From Lobosporangium transversale (lineage: Eukaryota): a DNA stretch of 64,000 nucleotides. The stretch lies in NCBI RefSeq assembly GCF_002105155.1, contig NW_019028997.1:372001-436000 (forward strand). Direction: 5' to 3'. The notes under the pieces are model-generated. The model searched no databases. It was not told the origin of the DNA and was given only the letters and a program-made list of their open reading frames with translations. A program made the translations under genes and the position numbers. This document shows positions 24,199-38,439 of the stretch, piece by piece (position 1 is the first letter of the stretch; each line of letters begins with the position of its first letter).

Positions 24199-24739
24199 AT
24201 ATTAGTCCCTTCGGGAATAAACCGATATTCTCCTCACCTAATGCGATAACAAAAATAAAGTTAAGTATTTTAGCTTTGGCGGGTATACAAGCGAAAATGC
24301 TAGAATTTAACTGTTACACTGGCCCAATTTCTAGATAGGCTTTCCAGCATTACTTTTGCAGTGTAAGAGGTATTCTTTTATGATCATTACTTGGCTTTTT
24401 AGCTACCTCTATTATAGACAATGCATCAGTATGGTACGTAAGTTCCTTGTCCCTTTTTTGTGAGGGAGATTGTGGGGTTGAAAGAGAGCGAACAGTTGTT
24501 CATGCGGAGGTATGCGGGACGACTGCTGGGGATCAACTCGGTGGAGTGAGTGCCGTTAAACCAAGGACTTGAGCTTAGCTATCCTTAGAATAGGACAAAT
24601 ACATCCTTGCTGAGAGAGTAACCTACGTCAAGTAAGCACTACATCGAAGTTCGGCTGCAATCATAAGCCTTTCTACCTCATTTTTCCTTTCTTCCCCTTT
24701 TCCCATCTCCTCTTCTTTTTTCTTTTTTCTTTTTTATCA

Positions 24740-25900
24740 GAGAATAGCTTCATATGATGCTCTTTGCTCCAACAGCCCCAGTACTATCGCGTTAAAGCAG
24801 AGATATTCGTTGACTCTCAGATTCCGGCATCAATGGCGGAGATAGGAGTGATGTAGTTGCATGCGCTTATTGCTTGGAGTAAAAGCTATCTAAGCACCCT
24901 TTCTTACTGGACGATGCCTTGTTAATGGTGGGTGATATTGCGCAACGCCTTGTGGATGGAGGGAGAGCAGAAGCGAGAGTGGTGGTTTTTGGCGATCGTT
25001 TGGTGTGTGTATGTGTGAACATGATAGTTGATACCAATCGCCAAAATATATGCATCTAGAATTACAGAAGCGAGATTAATACCGACGCGTTTGATCCTTT
25101 CCTAGGGATCGTTATAACCATGGGATGGTTGTGGAGTGGCCACCAAAATAAAGTTTGTTTGGAGGCACCAATGGAAAACGCTTGTGTTTTGAACAAAAAA
25201 AGACGCCGCGATGTAAAATGTGCTTATACATCATACATGTACAGAAACCAAAGAGATGCTTCAGCTGCTTATTCGTGCACACAGTGATTGACGAACAAAA
25301 AAGGAAAAAAAGCCCGCGATGAAAGAAGGCATGTGCAGACAACAAATAAACACAGCAACTGTTTGCTCACATACATTTTTTTCACCGTTGTGTCTGTATC
25401 TCTTCTAAGCTTTCTGTCTGGCCGTTTAACACAAGGAACCCTCAGAAAAAGAAATACCTCGCATGATTGGTACCAGGTCTGAAAACAACAATAATGCAAT
25501 GCTGTACGTGGAAGATAGGGTCTAGAAACTATACCATTGATCACAACTACTACTCATGCTCTCTTGCCAAGGACTTGAACAGGCATACCAACCCCTTCTT
25601 CCTTGCTCTCATAACCGCCCACATCCTTTCGATGCATTCGTTCGCCGTTTATGTCCACTACATCTGAACCACACACAATTCACCACTCACTCCAACAGAG
25701 ATATTTGTATCACCTTGGGTATGATATGTTGCTGTGGCTCCCGGTTTCAACAGGCCCAACAAACTCTATTAGCAGTGCTTACCAACCCAGATACATCAAG
25801 GGAACGCAAGAAGACGAGCAAGCAAACGATGTGACAAATCAAGTCTTGCCGAGCTGTACAGGAAAAGATCAAGTTAGTCAAGCTCTATGGTGCGGTAGAA
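24740..25900 (+). mobile_element. Possible Mutator-like (MULE) transposase remnant, highly degenerate
   Basis: MEGE..WWFL near 24956 and a frameshifted SWIM-like YSCSCQGLEQAYQPLLPCSH (CxC..CxH) at ~25550-25613; many stops. Confidence 0.4.
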
Positions 25901-26365
25901 TGAATCAACTCAGATTGCCCTCCTTTCAAGTCGAGACTACGGCGGCGAATATTATCACTGCTATTACACTAGTCAATAAATAAACGATACAATGGACTCC
26001 CAAGCGGATGCTAGGGTCATGCGAAAGTCTTCAAGAGTTTTTTTATTTGCACAAATAAAGAAGCCAGGATAGCTCCATGACAATTTAGTTTTCGGCCATT
26101 TATTTCGACATCGAAATAAAATTTCAAGACAATGCCCATGGATTGCTGGATTTTAAGCCCATTTATAATGGCAAATTTGCCCTTGTGACGGATGAAAGGG
26201 ATAATGAGATTAATTTTACGTTGCTGAGTTTGCATCATTTCCCGCTCCGGTGACGCATTTGAGGGGGGTGCATGTGCTTGACAGACCACTGCCACGTTTC
26301 TGTGCCTTTTTCCCTGAACTGAACCAACCTCTTTCTGCACTCATTGTGGAGCAAAAAAATTCGTC

Positions 26366-26909
26366 ATGAATTTGGACGAAATCATTGAACAACATCTCGA
26401 CAGCAATCAGAGGTCTGGGCACTTGGCTACATCTAATGGAGTCATCACTCAGGCGTCTCAGGGATGGGAGCCTAACAACCTAGTCCTGGTAACATGAATA
26501 CTATTGACGAGACACGTCAACTATTCCATTAAACTCTTATCATTGACTCTATTGCCTTTTCTTTCCTTTCCTTTCCTTTCCTTTCCTTTCCTTTCCTTCG
26601 TCTTCCCCTTCTCTCTTTGGGGATTTTTTTTTTTTTTTTTTTATAGCTCGAGAGTGGTTATGTACATACAGGATTTGTTGAAGACGAGTCGCGTATTTTC
26701 TTTCTAGACAAAGTTCAATATCAAATTCCGAGTCGGTTGACTGCTTTGGCAGTTTCAAACAATATCTTATTCATGGCGATGGAGACAATGCACTTACTTC
26801 GTATTGACCTCGATAAAGCACATGAAGTGGAGGGTATGTCTGTCCATCTTTTTTTTTTTCTTCAATTGATTGTTCCTGAACGTAGATAAAGAATGTGACT
26901 GAGTGAAGA

Positions 26910-26943
<34 letters not shown>

Positions 26944-27678
26944 CTTTTTTTCCTTCATGGGGTCGCACTTGCGTAACAAAGACATTGAAATCCCGCGGAA
27001 GCCTTCTGAAGGCAAGATTTACAAAATTTTTTTCGACCCTACAGGGCGTCATTTAATCATCACAACGGAAACAGGCGATAACTACTACCTTTTTGCAAAG
27101 TGGAAGAAGGCGAAGCTGCTTTCCAAAATTAGGGTATGCATACATACTCCGCATTATGTGATTAAAAGACAACCGTGCACATTCTGCCCTCTCCATTGCT
27201 TTTACTCAGATCTAAGCCCCTTTTATCTGCGCCTGTGCGGAAAAAAAAAAAAAAAAAAAAAATAGGGTATTGTCATTGAGTCTATCGCTTGGAACCGCTC
27301 AACAGAACGCCGCAACGAGTCTTCAACAAAGGAATTTTTGATTGGAACCAGGGATGGCCTTATATTTGAAGCAGAATTGGAACCAACAGCTGAACTATTC
27401 AAAAAGGAAGAAAGATACTTTAGACAGGTCTTCTCAATAGGGGAAGCACATGCTGGTAGTGAACGTTTGCCTAGACCCAAGATGCCCATTACTGGACTTC
27501 GCATGGAGCAGTTTCCCGCCACCTTACGAAAATATGTTGTTATCGCAGTAACACCCACACGTATTTACCAATTTATCGGATCGGTAACACCCAGTAATTC
27601 TGGCGGTATTATTGGCAATTCAGAAGAGAAAGCTTTGTTTGAAAATCTCTTTTCCAAATATGAGGTTAATCCAGGTAA

Positions 27679-27714
<36 letters not shown>

Positions 27715-28225
27715 GAAATTTGGTTCCGAAGAGAAGTAAGAGATAGCTGATGAGTTTTATACGCTTACTAGTGTTTTCGGAATTGCCTGGAGATCTTCCT
27801 TACAGCGAACTGCACTTTTTCAGTCCATTCCAGGATTTACAATATCAGGGAGTAGCCAAGACTTTTGCTTGGCTTACAGGACCAGGAATTTATCATGGCA
27901 ACCTCGTTTTCGGGTCGCAAAATGTTGGCGAATCTGTTATAGATGCACCCCAGCTACTTCCATATCCTGCTACACGGCTCGAAGTAGACTCCACAACAAC
28001 TGTATCAGAAATTCCAATTGCAATTGCATTGACTGAATTCCACTTCATATTACTATACAAGGAACGGGTTAGAGCTGTAAATCAACTCAATGACCAAATT
28101 GTGTTTGATGAGCTTATACCTTTGGTAACGTATATCTAGTTCTCGCCATAATTTTTGTTTCTTGCTTTATTTAGCACTATGGAACTAAGGCTTGTCCGTT
28201 AACTAGCACTCGATTGATGCATTTC

Positions 28226-28260
<35 letters not shown>

Positions 28261-31039
28261 GAAACCTAATGAAGAAGTGCTTGGCATGTCAGTGGATACG
28301 ACTAAAAACACTTTCTGGATCTATACCGGAATATCGCTTTTCGAGCTCGTTGTTACGAAGGAGGATCGTGATGTATGGACGCTCTATCTGGAAAAGAAAC
28401 AGTACGATATGGCTCTTCAATATGCCAAAGTAAGTCGGGACAGTTGCATATCGATGTTGTGACAATACCAGTAATAAGGAAGGCAAAATAGTTCTCATTT
28501 TTTAATTTTTCGGTTGACGTCATGCCTCATTTAGAACCCTGCTCAAAGAGACCGGGTGTTGACACTACAAGCAAATTACAACTTTTCTCAAGGTCGATAC
28601 ATGCTCTCCGCAAAATACTATGCACAGTCAACAGTTCCATTTGAGGAGGTGGCACTCAAGTTTGTAGAGCGTGATGAAAGGGATGCACTTAGAAGCTACC
28701 TCCTTGCCAAAGTTGATAAACTCAGAAAAGGGGTACGTCTTGCTTTCTCAGAACCGGTAATACTGGTCAAAAAAAAAAAAAAAAAAAAAAAAAAATTTAA
28801 CATCTTTTTTGAATGTCCATAATAGGATATCACACAAAAATATATCGTCTGTACATGGTTGGTAGAGATTTATCTTAGCAAGCTAAATCAACTTGAGGAC
28901 CAAGCTGCATCATCAGCATCAGAGTCGGACGTCCAGAATTTCCTGGCGGAGCAAAGTGTTTTGGAAGATGAATTTAAAGGATTCCTGGAAACAAACAAGG
29001 TACACATCATCATTGGGAACTCAAAGGATACTCTTATCTTTATATTGGTCATATTTCTTTTTTTTATAATAATGGTTTGCATATTTGAACTTTTTTTATT
29101 TTTTATTTTATTTTTTTCTTCATATTTCCTTTTTAGAATTACTTGGACAAAAAAACGACATACAAGCTTCTGGCTTCACATGGTCGCACAGAACAGTTGC
29201 TCTTTTATGCCATCCTGATTGGGGACTATGAGCGGGTGATTTCGCATTGGATTCAAGAGAAGAATTACAAGAATGCCTTTGAGATCTTGAGCAAACAAGA
29301 GTCACTTGATACATATTATCGCTTCTCTCCTGTCCTTATGGAGAATGCGCCCTACGAGACTGTAAGCGCTTGGATGCGTCAGCCCAATCTGAACCCCCGT
29401 AACCTGATCCCATCGCTTTTGAGGTACGACCATAGGACGATGGATCCGGCTGCCCAGAATCAGGCGATTCGATATTTGTCATATGTAGTCTCTACTCTCG
29501 AAAATACCGATCCAGCAATCCATAACTTCCTATTGACTCTATATGCAACGCAGCCAACACGGGATGAATCCCAGCTTTTGAAATTCTTGGCATCGGAGGT
29601 AATTTCTCCTACTTTTTTTTAGTTCAATTTGTCAAAAAGATTTTTGTTTTTTTTTTTTTTATGGTCTTGTGAGCGCATACATTTATTTAAGACGCAATTA
29701 TTTATTGGCAAATCTCCGTCTAGGGTCCTGCCAAGCATTACAACTTGGATTATGCATTGAGAATTTGTACTCAAAATAACAGAATTCAGAGTTGTGTAAA
29801 CATTTTCAGTAGTATGGGCCTCTATGGCGAAGCTGTTGATTTGGCGTTGAAAGTAAGTGGCGAAGCATATACATACCTTAGAGGTAGAATTATGAACGGA
29901 AGTTGGCCTAAAAAAAATTAAAAAAAAAAAAAAAAAAATTTTTTTTTACTAATTTTTATTTATTGATATGAATTGAATAGCATGGCGATCTGGAGCTTGC
30001 CTGTATCAATGCCGAAAAGCCAACGGACGATGATATGCTTCGGAAGACATTATGGCTAAAGATTGCACGTCATGTGGTAAAAGAAAAGAAGGATATCAAG
30101 GCCGCAATGGACTTTTTATCAAACTCTGACCTCCTCAAGATCGAGGATATCTTGCCTTTCTTCCCAGACTTTGTGTTGATTGATGATTTCAAGGACGAGA
30201 TTTGCAAGGCCTTGGAGGAATACAATCTACACATTGACGAGCTAAAGACTGAGATGGACGAGGCAACGAAGAGTGCAGAGAACATTCGAATCGATGTTCG
30301 TGAGCTGAGATCTCGGTTCGCGATTGTGGCGTCAACGGAGCGGTGCACATCATGCGATTACCCGTTGCTGACGCGCCAGTTTTATGTGTTTCCATGTCAA
30401 CATACGTTTCATGCGGATTGTCTGATCAAGAACTTGACGCCGTTTTTGTCTACGAGACAATTGAAGCGGCTGGATGAGCTACAGGATCAGATCCAGAACG
30501 AGATGCAGAATCAACAAAAGATGATGCTGATGAACGGAAATCATTCTTTACAGCCCTTGACGGTAGCAAGCGGGAATGCGTCCCAAAGTTTGAATGCAAG
30601 TCATGCTACAGGTTCGACTGGAGGGGGGCTAACTCATCTACCGAATCATCTGATTGGCCAAACAGGAGCAGCAGTGATGGCGATCGGAGGCGCGATAGGC
30701 GCAGGCGGTAAGGCCATGGTGAATGGAGGGGTGGCTATTGCGACAACGGCAGCAGGGACGGCAGCAGGGGTGTTTAAGGATGTGATTTTTGCAGATGGCA
30801 AGGAGGTAGCGGGCTTGGGATTAGGACTTGGAGGAGGCTCTGGTGTAGGACAGAATGGAGGTAGCGGTGGAGATGATATGGTCGTGGTTGTGCCTCGGTT
30901 AGAGTTACTGAGGGACGAATTGGATGATCTTGTAGCATCTGAATGTTTGTTGTGTGGCGAGTTGATGATTAAGACGATTGATCAACCATTTTTGTCGAGC
31001 GATGAACACGAGCTGGAGTTGTCATGGGGTGTACAGTAA
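26366..31039 (+). CDS. VPS18: HOPS/CORVET subunit Vps18/Pep3, multi-exon
   Basis: Exon 1 MNLDEIIEQHL; KIFFDPTGRHLII, IALTEFHFILLY, EDRDVW, FEEVALKF, AIHNFLLTLYA, LKIEDILPFFPDFVLIDDFK and C-terminal RING C..C..FYVFPCQH.FH.DC..CLLCG. Confidence 0.96.
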
Positions 31040-32552
31040 TGTTTCTTTTGAGAGGAGATAATCAAATGTTTAAAGACGTCGAATTCTCTCCCATCCTCAT
31101 CCATAGACATATGCCATCGTCTCTCTTATTGTTTATCTCTCTCTCTCTCTCTTTCTTTCTTTTCAAGCGGGTTGGAATACGCTCCATACCCATGTTACTG
31201 TAAAAAAAAAAAAAAAAAAAAAAAAAATTAAAAAAAGTATAATACATGTATACATTTGTTATTTATTTTTTTTTTAGGCGCGTGAGCACGCATGATCTAC
31301 AGTACAGACGATGCGTGCTAACTCACAAGAGAACATTCCTATGGGGAAGATCAAATCACATGGAAAACCATTTGATTGTCCTGACATGTCTGTCAAAGGA
31401 CGGAAACCATGATCATATTGCGATCCCTCCCTCTTTTATGATCTCTGTCTTTCTTTCTTTCTCTCTCTCTCTCTCTGGTCAATTTCACAATATTATATAG
31501 ATATACAAATAGCTGAATGTTACATGTACAAGTATACTTTGAAAAGAAAGTTTAGGTTGCAAGTGATTATCAATAGACAAGATAAGATCGCATGGCTTTG
31601 GTGACACGTCGTCTGTCATGCGACAAAAGTCAAAAATTTTTCCGGTAGAGTCCGAGCAATGAGATTAGACGTCGATACGGCAGACAGGTCGGCTGAACTT
31701 TTTTTTTTTTTTTTTTTTACATGAAGATCAAAGAGAAGAGTTTTTGATCAAAAAGAAAAAAAAAAACCCCCATACTGATGTAGCATTACAACAGCTTCAG
31801 TGTGAATAAATAGAATTGTTTGCTATCTTACAATAAATGAAGGAGATGTTTTGGGCGATCTTTGAGGGTGGGGAGGGGGAGGGGGACTGATGTTTAGAAA
31901 TATATAACAGACTTTGTTTCTTTCTTGCTTTCTTTCTTTCTTTCTTTCTTTCTTTCATGACATGTGTTTACAAGGAGACAACAATAAAAAAAAGAAAAAA
32001 GAAAAAAGGAGTGGCTACCTCCTCCTCCCCTTTTTTTTTTTTTTACTTTTGTTTCTATACTAACTATACCGAGAAAAAGAAAAAAAAAAAGAGGACCAGT
32101 AAGAGGTATTGTCCCTTTTTTGCATAGGGAGTGATCAGCTTTCTGATTGTTCTGATGAAGTAGAAGGTGATGGCTGAGATTGTTATATTACGTTGGATAG
32201 CTCAAAGTTGATTGCTATATTCTAGTTTAAATATGGTAGATTAGATAGACTGCATGTGGTTCGAACGGAATGGCAGACACAGCACCCGAAAGGAGATTTA
32301 TTCATTCAGACAAAAGAAGAGTCAGAACACAGAAATGCATTTTATAAATTACCAACTGTCACAAACTCTTTTTTTTTTTATTTCTTTCTTGCTTTGCATT
32401 CTTTTTCATTCATTCATTCATTCACATTCATTCGTTACATTCATTGCTTTCATTGCTTTCATTGCATTACTACTATTATTACTATCATTATCATTATCTT
32501 TTCTTTTCTTTCTCTTCCTTCTCTCAAAGCTAGTTCGTTCGTTGGAAACATC

Positions 32553-33689
32553 ATGTTATCCGTCATAAACACTTCCACCACACTCTGCTTACAGCCTGCT
32601 TCTGTTTCAACCTCTATTACTTCGTCTACTTCCTCCAATGCCTCTATGGCTCGGTTAGTCAACAAGGCTCCGCAGCCATATGGAGTCATTCCTCCTCGTC
32701 GTAAAAAGACCTCCACAAACCGTTCTCCCAACTCTTTATCCCCTTCATTAGAGCTTACCCTAACCAATACCACAATCACAACCACAGCCTCAACAACAAC
32801 GACAACAACAACGACAACGACAACTTCTACTACATCAACAACCACATCAACTCCCAATCATGATTCTTTCTTTGCCTTCCTCTTCTCAGATTCCACATCA
32901 TCCTATCGCTCCAATCTCTGGGCAACCATCAAGGCCCACTGCTTAGCTTTCAGCAATACTAATGGTCGAACCAACCGACAGACCAACAGGAGGGACCGTC
33001 AGGGTTGCTACCGTGACTTTGCACCACCTGAAGCTTTGATCGTTACCAATAGTCCACCCGTTGTCACATTAGACGCAACATCGTTAGTCACCAGCTCATC
33101 CTCTGCATTGTTTCCAGAGGATGTATTGCTATCGATTCATGACATCGATGTGTCTGGATCTGCAATGCAAACTATCAAGAACGATAGCAGCACAAGTAAC
33201 CATAGTAGCAATAATAATATTGCCAATAATGCTTCTGCCTATCCTGTTTCAGTCGCATCCATGGATAAATTCAAGGTCATGGGAACAGATCTTATCCCAT
33301 TAAAGACCTTTACCTATTGTGAAACCCTTATTGATGAGGTCGAATCATCCTTAAAGCTCGATACTGGGGCTGCGTCTTCTCCAAATGCGTCTACAGCAGC
33401 TTCTGGAGCTCTAATCCGTCGCCCCCTTCCTCGAGTCAAGCGCAGTATGCCAAAGCCCTCACCGATCGTTGAAGCAACAATGTCTTGCCGCCGAGTTCCT
33501 GTGGTGAATCAGAGCGAATTGCCACCTCCACTCCCACGACATTTGGCTTCACGGGAGACTCGCTCCAACTCGGCCTATTTGCGTATGATGGCTACGGAAT
33601 TGAGGATGATTCGCTCTCGCAAGCTAATTGCCCCACTAAAGCCTCGAGCTTTCCTCCCTCGTCGCAAGGACCTTTTTAGCTTTGGTAAG

Positions 33690-33720
<31 letters not shown>

Positions 33721-34080
33721 CGGTGTGGGTCCAGTCTAAATGCATAGATAGCCTAAACAAGTGAACTATTTTGTTTCTTTTGTGCGTATCATTTGATAAC
33801 ACCTGATGGACTATGACGAAACTACAAGACTAACGGCTTTTTTTTTTTTTTTTTTTTTAATACATCTTGATTAAATCAATTAGACAAGTCGTGCTTGACT
33901 CTAGAAATATCTTTTGATAAGGACCTAGAGGAGAAGGAGGAGGAGGAGGAGGAGGAAGAAGAGGAAATCCCTATTGGTTCGTGGACCTCTTTCTCGTCTA
34001 CAGAGTCCTTCATGTCTACCAGCTCTTCAGACTATGTTACCGCTGAAGGCGAGGAAGACGATACTGAAAGCGACGAGTAA
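32553..34080 (+). CDS. S/T-rich protein of unknown function with a basic motif and acidic tail; 2 exons
   Basis: ATG at 32553 (the upstream part of the ORF is low-complexity, UTR-like); intron ~33685-33883; RETRSNSAYLRM..E..M..KL..PLKPR motif; poly-E tail. Confidence 0.7.
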
Positions 34081-34922
34081 AAAGAAAAAAAAACTATATT
34101 CAGGATTATATACCCTTCGTCTCTCCCCTCTGTCTCCTTTCTCTCCGATTACTTTATCAGCTTATCACTTTATCACCTCCACTCGTTTTTCTTTTTTTTT
34201 TTTTGCGTACCACTTCATATTGTCTTTTGACCATGTATTAACATTCATCATTTTCTTCTCAAGGCTTTAGCTCTTTAGTGTACAATATAATTCCAAAGAT
34301 AAAATGATTTTTTTTTAAACTTGTAAATTGTTTATTTATTTATCTTGCTTTCCCACGTTGATGAGTCCTGATGAGCCATTTCTGATCCAATCTCCCTGTC
34401 TCGCATGGCAGTCGGATTCTTAAAAAAGAAAAAGAAGAAAAGAAATGAAGCTAAATAAGGCTCTGCCTTTCTTTTTGTTCTTTTTCGCTGTCTATTTCCG
34501 GATTTCAAAAAGACTGAAAATGCCTTTTTCATTTTTATTTTATTTTTTTATTTATTTTTATTTTGTCATGAATTATTCTTGTGGTCGACTTTAAAATGAA
34601 GGCTGATTAACAGGTTGCAGACATGAAACAATCTGGGGTCTAAAGTTTTTTTCTTTTTCTTTTTTCTCTTATTCGCTACAGCCACATATTAGATGCATGT
34701 CCTCCCCCCTTCCTTCCTCTCTTATACAGAAAAAAAAAAAAAAAAAAAAAAAAAAAGTGATGAGATCAAGTTTGTCGGCAAAAGAACATTTTTTTGTCCC
34801 TTTGGGGGAATGGGAGCGTTTTTTTGATTGATGTTAACGGTCCTCTTTTTTTTTGTTAGTAGTTCTCCTTTTTTTCTGTTAGTAGTGCCCCCCCCCCCCT
34901 CCTTTTTTTTTTTCTTTCCGTT

Positions 34923-35394
34923 TCAATGAACAGATGAAGAAGAAGAGGAAGAAGAAGAGAGAGAAGGAGAAGAAGGTAGGATTGGTCTACCATACATAAA
35001 AATAGGTTCATGATCTTCGGAATAGATTTGGATTACATCCTGATGAATAGCATGTACATGAACTATCGTCCTGGGTGTAGATCTCGGTGTAGACGCAGAC
35101 GTAGATGTAGACGTAGACATGGACGTAGATGTAGAAATAAAAGGGAGGCCCTGTAAAGGACTGGCAAGCGTCCGACTCGTCGTGACCGATCGAGAATTGG
35201 CATCATCGAATGAGACGGACAAAAAACGCGACAAGTCCGGAGTCTCCATTTCAAGATCCGAAGAGAGCCTATTGGGCGAAGTTGTTGTGGGATTAAAGTT
35301 GGCATCGTGTGGTAAATCACGATAAAGTCTCTGTCTTTGCTGCTGTTGGTCTTGTAGTTGCTGCCGTAATTGCAGTAGTAGTTGCAAATGTCGC

Positions 35395-35434
<40 letters not shown>

Positions 35435-35741
35435 GCTGCTGCTGCTGTTGTACTGTTGGCAGGTTATTCATGTCCGGGACATCAATGGCCAAATGCCTTG
35501 AATAGGATGATGACGATGGTGATGGTGAAGTGGGCGTGGATAGTGAGGCAGGTGATTGGGGCAATTGAATCGATGGGCTCAACGAAAAGTCAAAATCGCC
35601 TCTATCGCCCCAGACGAAAGAAGGGGATGAGGAGGCATAGGCCAAGGATGAGGCCGGAGAGCTATTGTCGCGTAAGGTGCGATATCGATGTAGACTTGGC
35701 GTGAACCTTGGTGATGATGGCAAGTCAATTGGGACGCCCAT
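34923..35741 (-). CDS. Low-complexity Ser/Gln-rich hypothetical protein
   Basis: 272-aa ATG-initiated ORF, GC-richer than its AT-rich flanks, with a polyQ tract; no recognisable domain. Confidence 0.6.
35393..35450 (-). repeat. CAA/CAG trinucleotide tract (polyQ)
   Basis: (tgt)n/(tgc)n run on the plus strand. Confidence 0.9.
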
Positions 35742-35815
35742 GACTGTAACTTGATATGAGATTTCTTTATTGAAGACGAATGATAATGGTTAAGTTAGCG
35801 AAGTAAAGGGTTTTT

Positions 35816-35850
<35 letters not shown>

Positions 35851-36349
35851 TCAAGCTGTCAAGACTTTAAAAGCATTCCTTCTGTTCCTTCACTCGTCCT
35901 TTGCCCTTCACACGGCCAGGGGGGTTGTCTGTCATAAATTCCTTCCATCGCCACAATTCTATCATTATCATTTCCACACATTGTCATTTTTTTTATACGC
36001 CCACCAATAAGAGAGGACCATTTCCTTTTATCAATTCAGAAATAGCTTCGCATGGACCTGTTCGATGGTACAATGAACGAACAAATCCTCAAAAATTGTC
36101 TGTGCACGCGTCTCTTCTCTTTTTTTACCCTTTCCAAACAGCTGAAAAAGATTGCTCTGCGAATCATTGCCTTATTTCTATTTCTGCCAAGAAGTAAAAT
36201 ATCACAAAGCGGCCAAATGTCCTGAAGCGAAGCATGCGATATGTATATATTTATACTTGTCATTTACTTTATTTTTTTTTTTTTTTATTTTTTTATTTTT
36301 TTTGTTTGTCAGTGCGCTGTTGGGAGTCAGAAAAAAAAAAATTGTTTCT

Positions 36350-36519
36350 TTAGATGTTGCTTCTAATAAAAAGTTTGTTGGATGCTGTCGCCTCCTTAGT
36401 TTCCTTGACAAGCTTGGAAATTGATCTGAAGTTTTCGTGCTTTGAATCGCCCATCAACTGGAATAGGATAGATTCACTTGTAGTGACAAAGCCACCCGCA
36501 GACTTGACACGCTATTATC

Positions 36520-36550
<31 letters not shown>

Positions 36551-36866
36551 CATATGTAAAGGGATCGATGTTATTCACACGAGTTTTCAAACACTTTTTT
36601 TATCTATTCATTGAAAAAAATCATGATCTTTTGAATGAACGTTTACTTACGTTCAGGGCATGATCAATTTCAAAGCTGTTCATGCTCGACACTCCATCTG
36701 CAAGCACATGGACATCAAAGTTATTTTCCAACAGGTCCAATGCCGTCTGCAACACGCACACATGGGACTATTTTTTTTCGTAAAGGGGGACCGAGATTAT
36801 GTATTAGTTGGAATGAAATTCGTAATATGTATAGATATTATTTCTGCATGGTGTAATAAAAAAAAA

Positions 36867-36902
<36 letters not shown>

Positions 36903-37203
36903 TCAATGCCAAAAAGCACAACTGACTTGATACCCTGAAGCTCCTTCTCAACTTCAGGAACAAGCATTGAAAACTTGGTTTTGGGGATATTAACCTTTGC
37001 TTGCGAAATATCCAGTTCTGTTGCTGTTTGACCTAAAGCCGTTGGGTTCTATATCATCAAGTCCAAATAAACAGTAAGTTTTATGAAAAAAAAAATAAAA
37101 AAAATAAAAGGAGCTGTTTTTTTTTTTTTTTTTTTTTTTTTTTTTCTCACGGACCTGTTCTGTGACGATCAAAGGAATATCAAGAATTTTGTGTGCAGCA
37201 ATC

Positions 37204-37237
<34 letters not shown>

Positions 37238-37533
37238 AGGAGAGAGAGAAGGGAGATTTGTTATTAAATTAATGAATGCTCATTCATTCTCCTTCTCTTT
37301 CTCTTTCTCTTTCTCTTTCTCTTTTCTTTCTCTTTGATCCCTCCTTATATCAAAAAATAAAATAAAATAAAAAAAAGAAGCCGTTCAACGCTTGCAGGGT
37401 CCAATACCATCTTCTGAGCTGTGGCAACAACTGAAGGATATTGGAAAATGTGGGACCGGAACTTTTCCTGAATATCACAGAGGAAGAAAGCAGTCGACTT
37501 CTGGTGGATGCGGCCAATATTACGAACAGACAT
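36350..37533 (-). CDS. Isochorismatase domain-containing protein (ISOC1/ISOC2-like), multi-exon
   Basis: [67 protein letters not shown]. Confidence 0.93.
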
Positions 37534-38439
37534 TGTGTTGAGTGGTGCTTTTTGATTAGAGAAGATTAGGAAAAAAAGAAAAGAAAAATCCAGAATGCAG
37601 ATGGAATGAGAGTATGAATGTGAAAAGAAGAAAGAGAGGATTGATTCCTTTTTTTTTTTTATTGGGCCCAAGATGAATCCCTCCCCCACACGGGCAGTTC
37701 CTGTTTTTTGTGTCACTTGGAACTTAAGGAACAGATAGGGAACCTTACTTATTACGGAAATCGTCTGAAACCTGAAGCCCACTACGTACAGTTACTTCCC
37801 CGTACTTCCTTCTTGTACAAACATACAATCATGATCCATTTTCTGCGCTGAAGAACCCCAGAAAGCGCTTTTTGGTGCCATTGAATTGGGTGTGTGTATG
37901 TGTAGTTGTAGAGACACCGAACAGCCCACATAGAGACCACACCCAATTTCAATATTATGGCTTCTAGTTAATCAGCTATCTTAATTGCCAATAAACCTCC
38001 TTCTTCCGCCTTCAAAAATGTCAAACATCAATATCAACACAGAATGTGCCTTGTAGGCTCGACCCGGTGGTTGAGCAGCTTGGTCAATTCGGGTGACAAG
38101 CCTAGGTCTCGCTTGTAATAGGTAGTGAAGACAAAAGGTGATTTTATTATAATTATTAAAACAAGCCTTTATATAGGCTTAAGGCTCTATACTGTTACAT
38201 CGCTTGGTATTCTAGTCCTCGCCAGAAAGTCAGGGACACATTTATTTTCCAATTGTGGTGTTCGAAAAGCACGTCACAAAACTTTTTTTTTTGTGACGTG
38301 AACAAAAAAGGTTTGTCTTCTTTAATACCATAAGCTTTCTGATTATTCAGGTAAAACGTTATTGAATAGTGAAGGCGCTCACTTCTCAGTGAGCCCTTCT
38401 TCTCTAGCATTTCCCAACTTTTTTTTTTTTGTAGAGATG

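Noticed and set aside
26216..26422. Minus-strand SAERGWFSSGK resembling a hAT dimerisation motif
   Set aside because: Overlaps the VPS18 start region on the opposite strand; no other hAT motifs.
32256..32552. N-terminal extension of the 502-aa ORF
   Set aside because: Non-ATG start with cattcatt/T-rich low complexity, typical of a 5' UTR.
38055..38102. Imperfect hairpin resembling a tRNA or ncRNA
   Set aside because: No cloverleaf or T-loop consensus; more likely part of the adjacent DIRS remnant.
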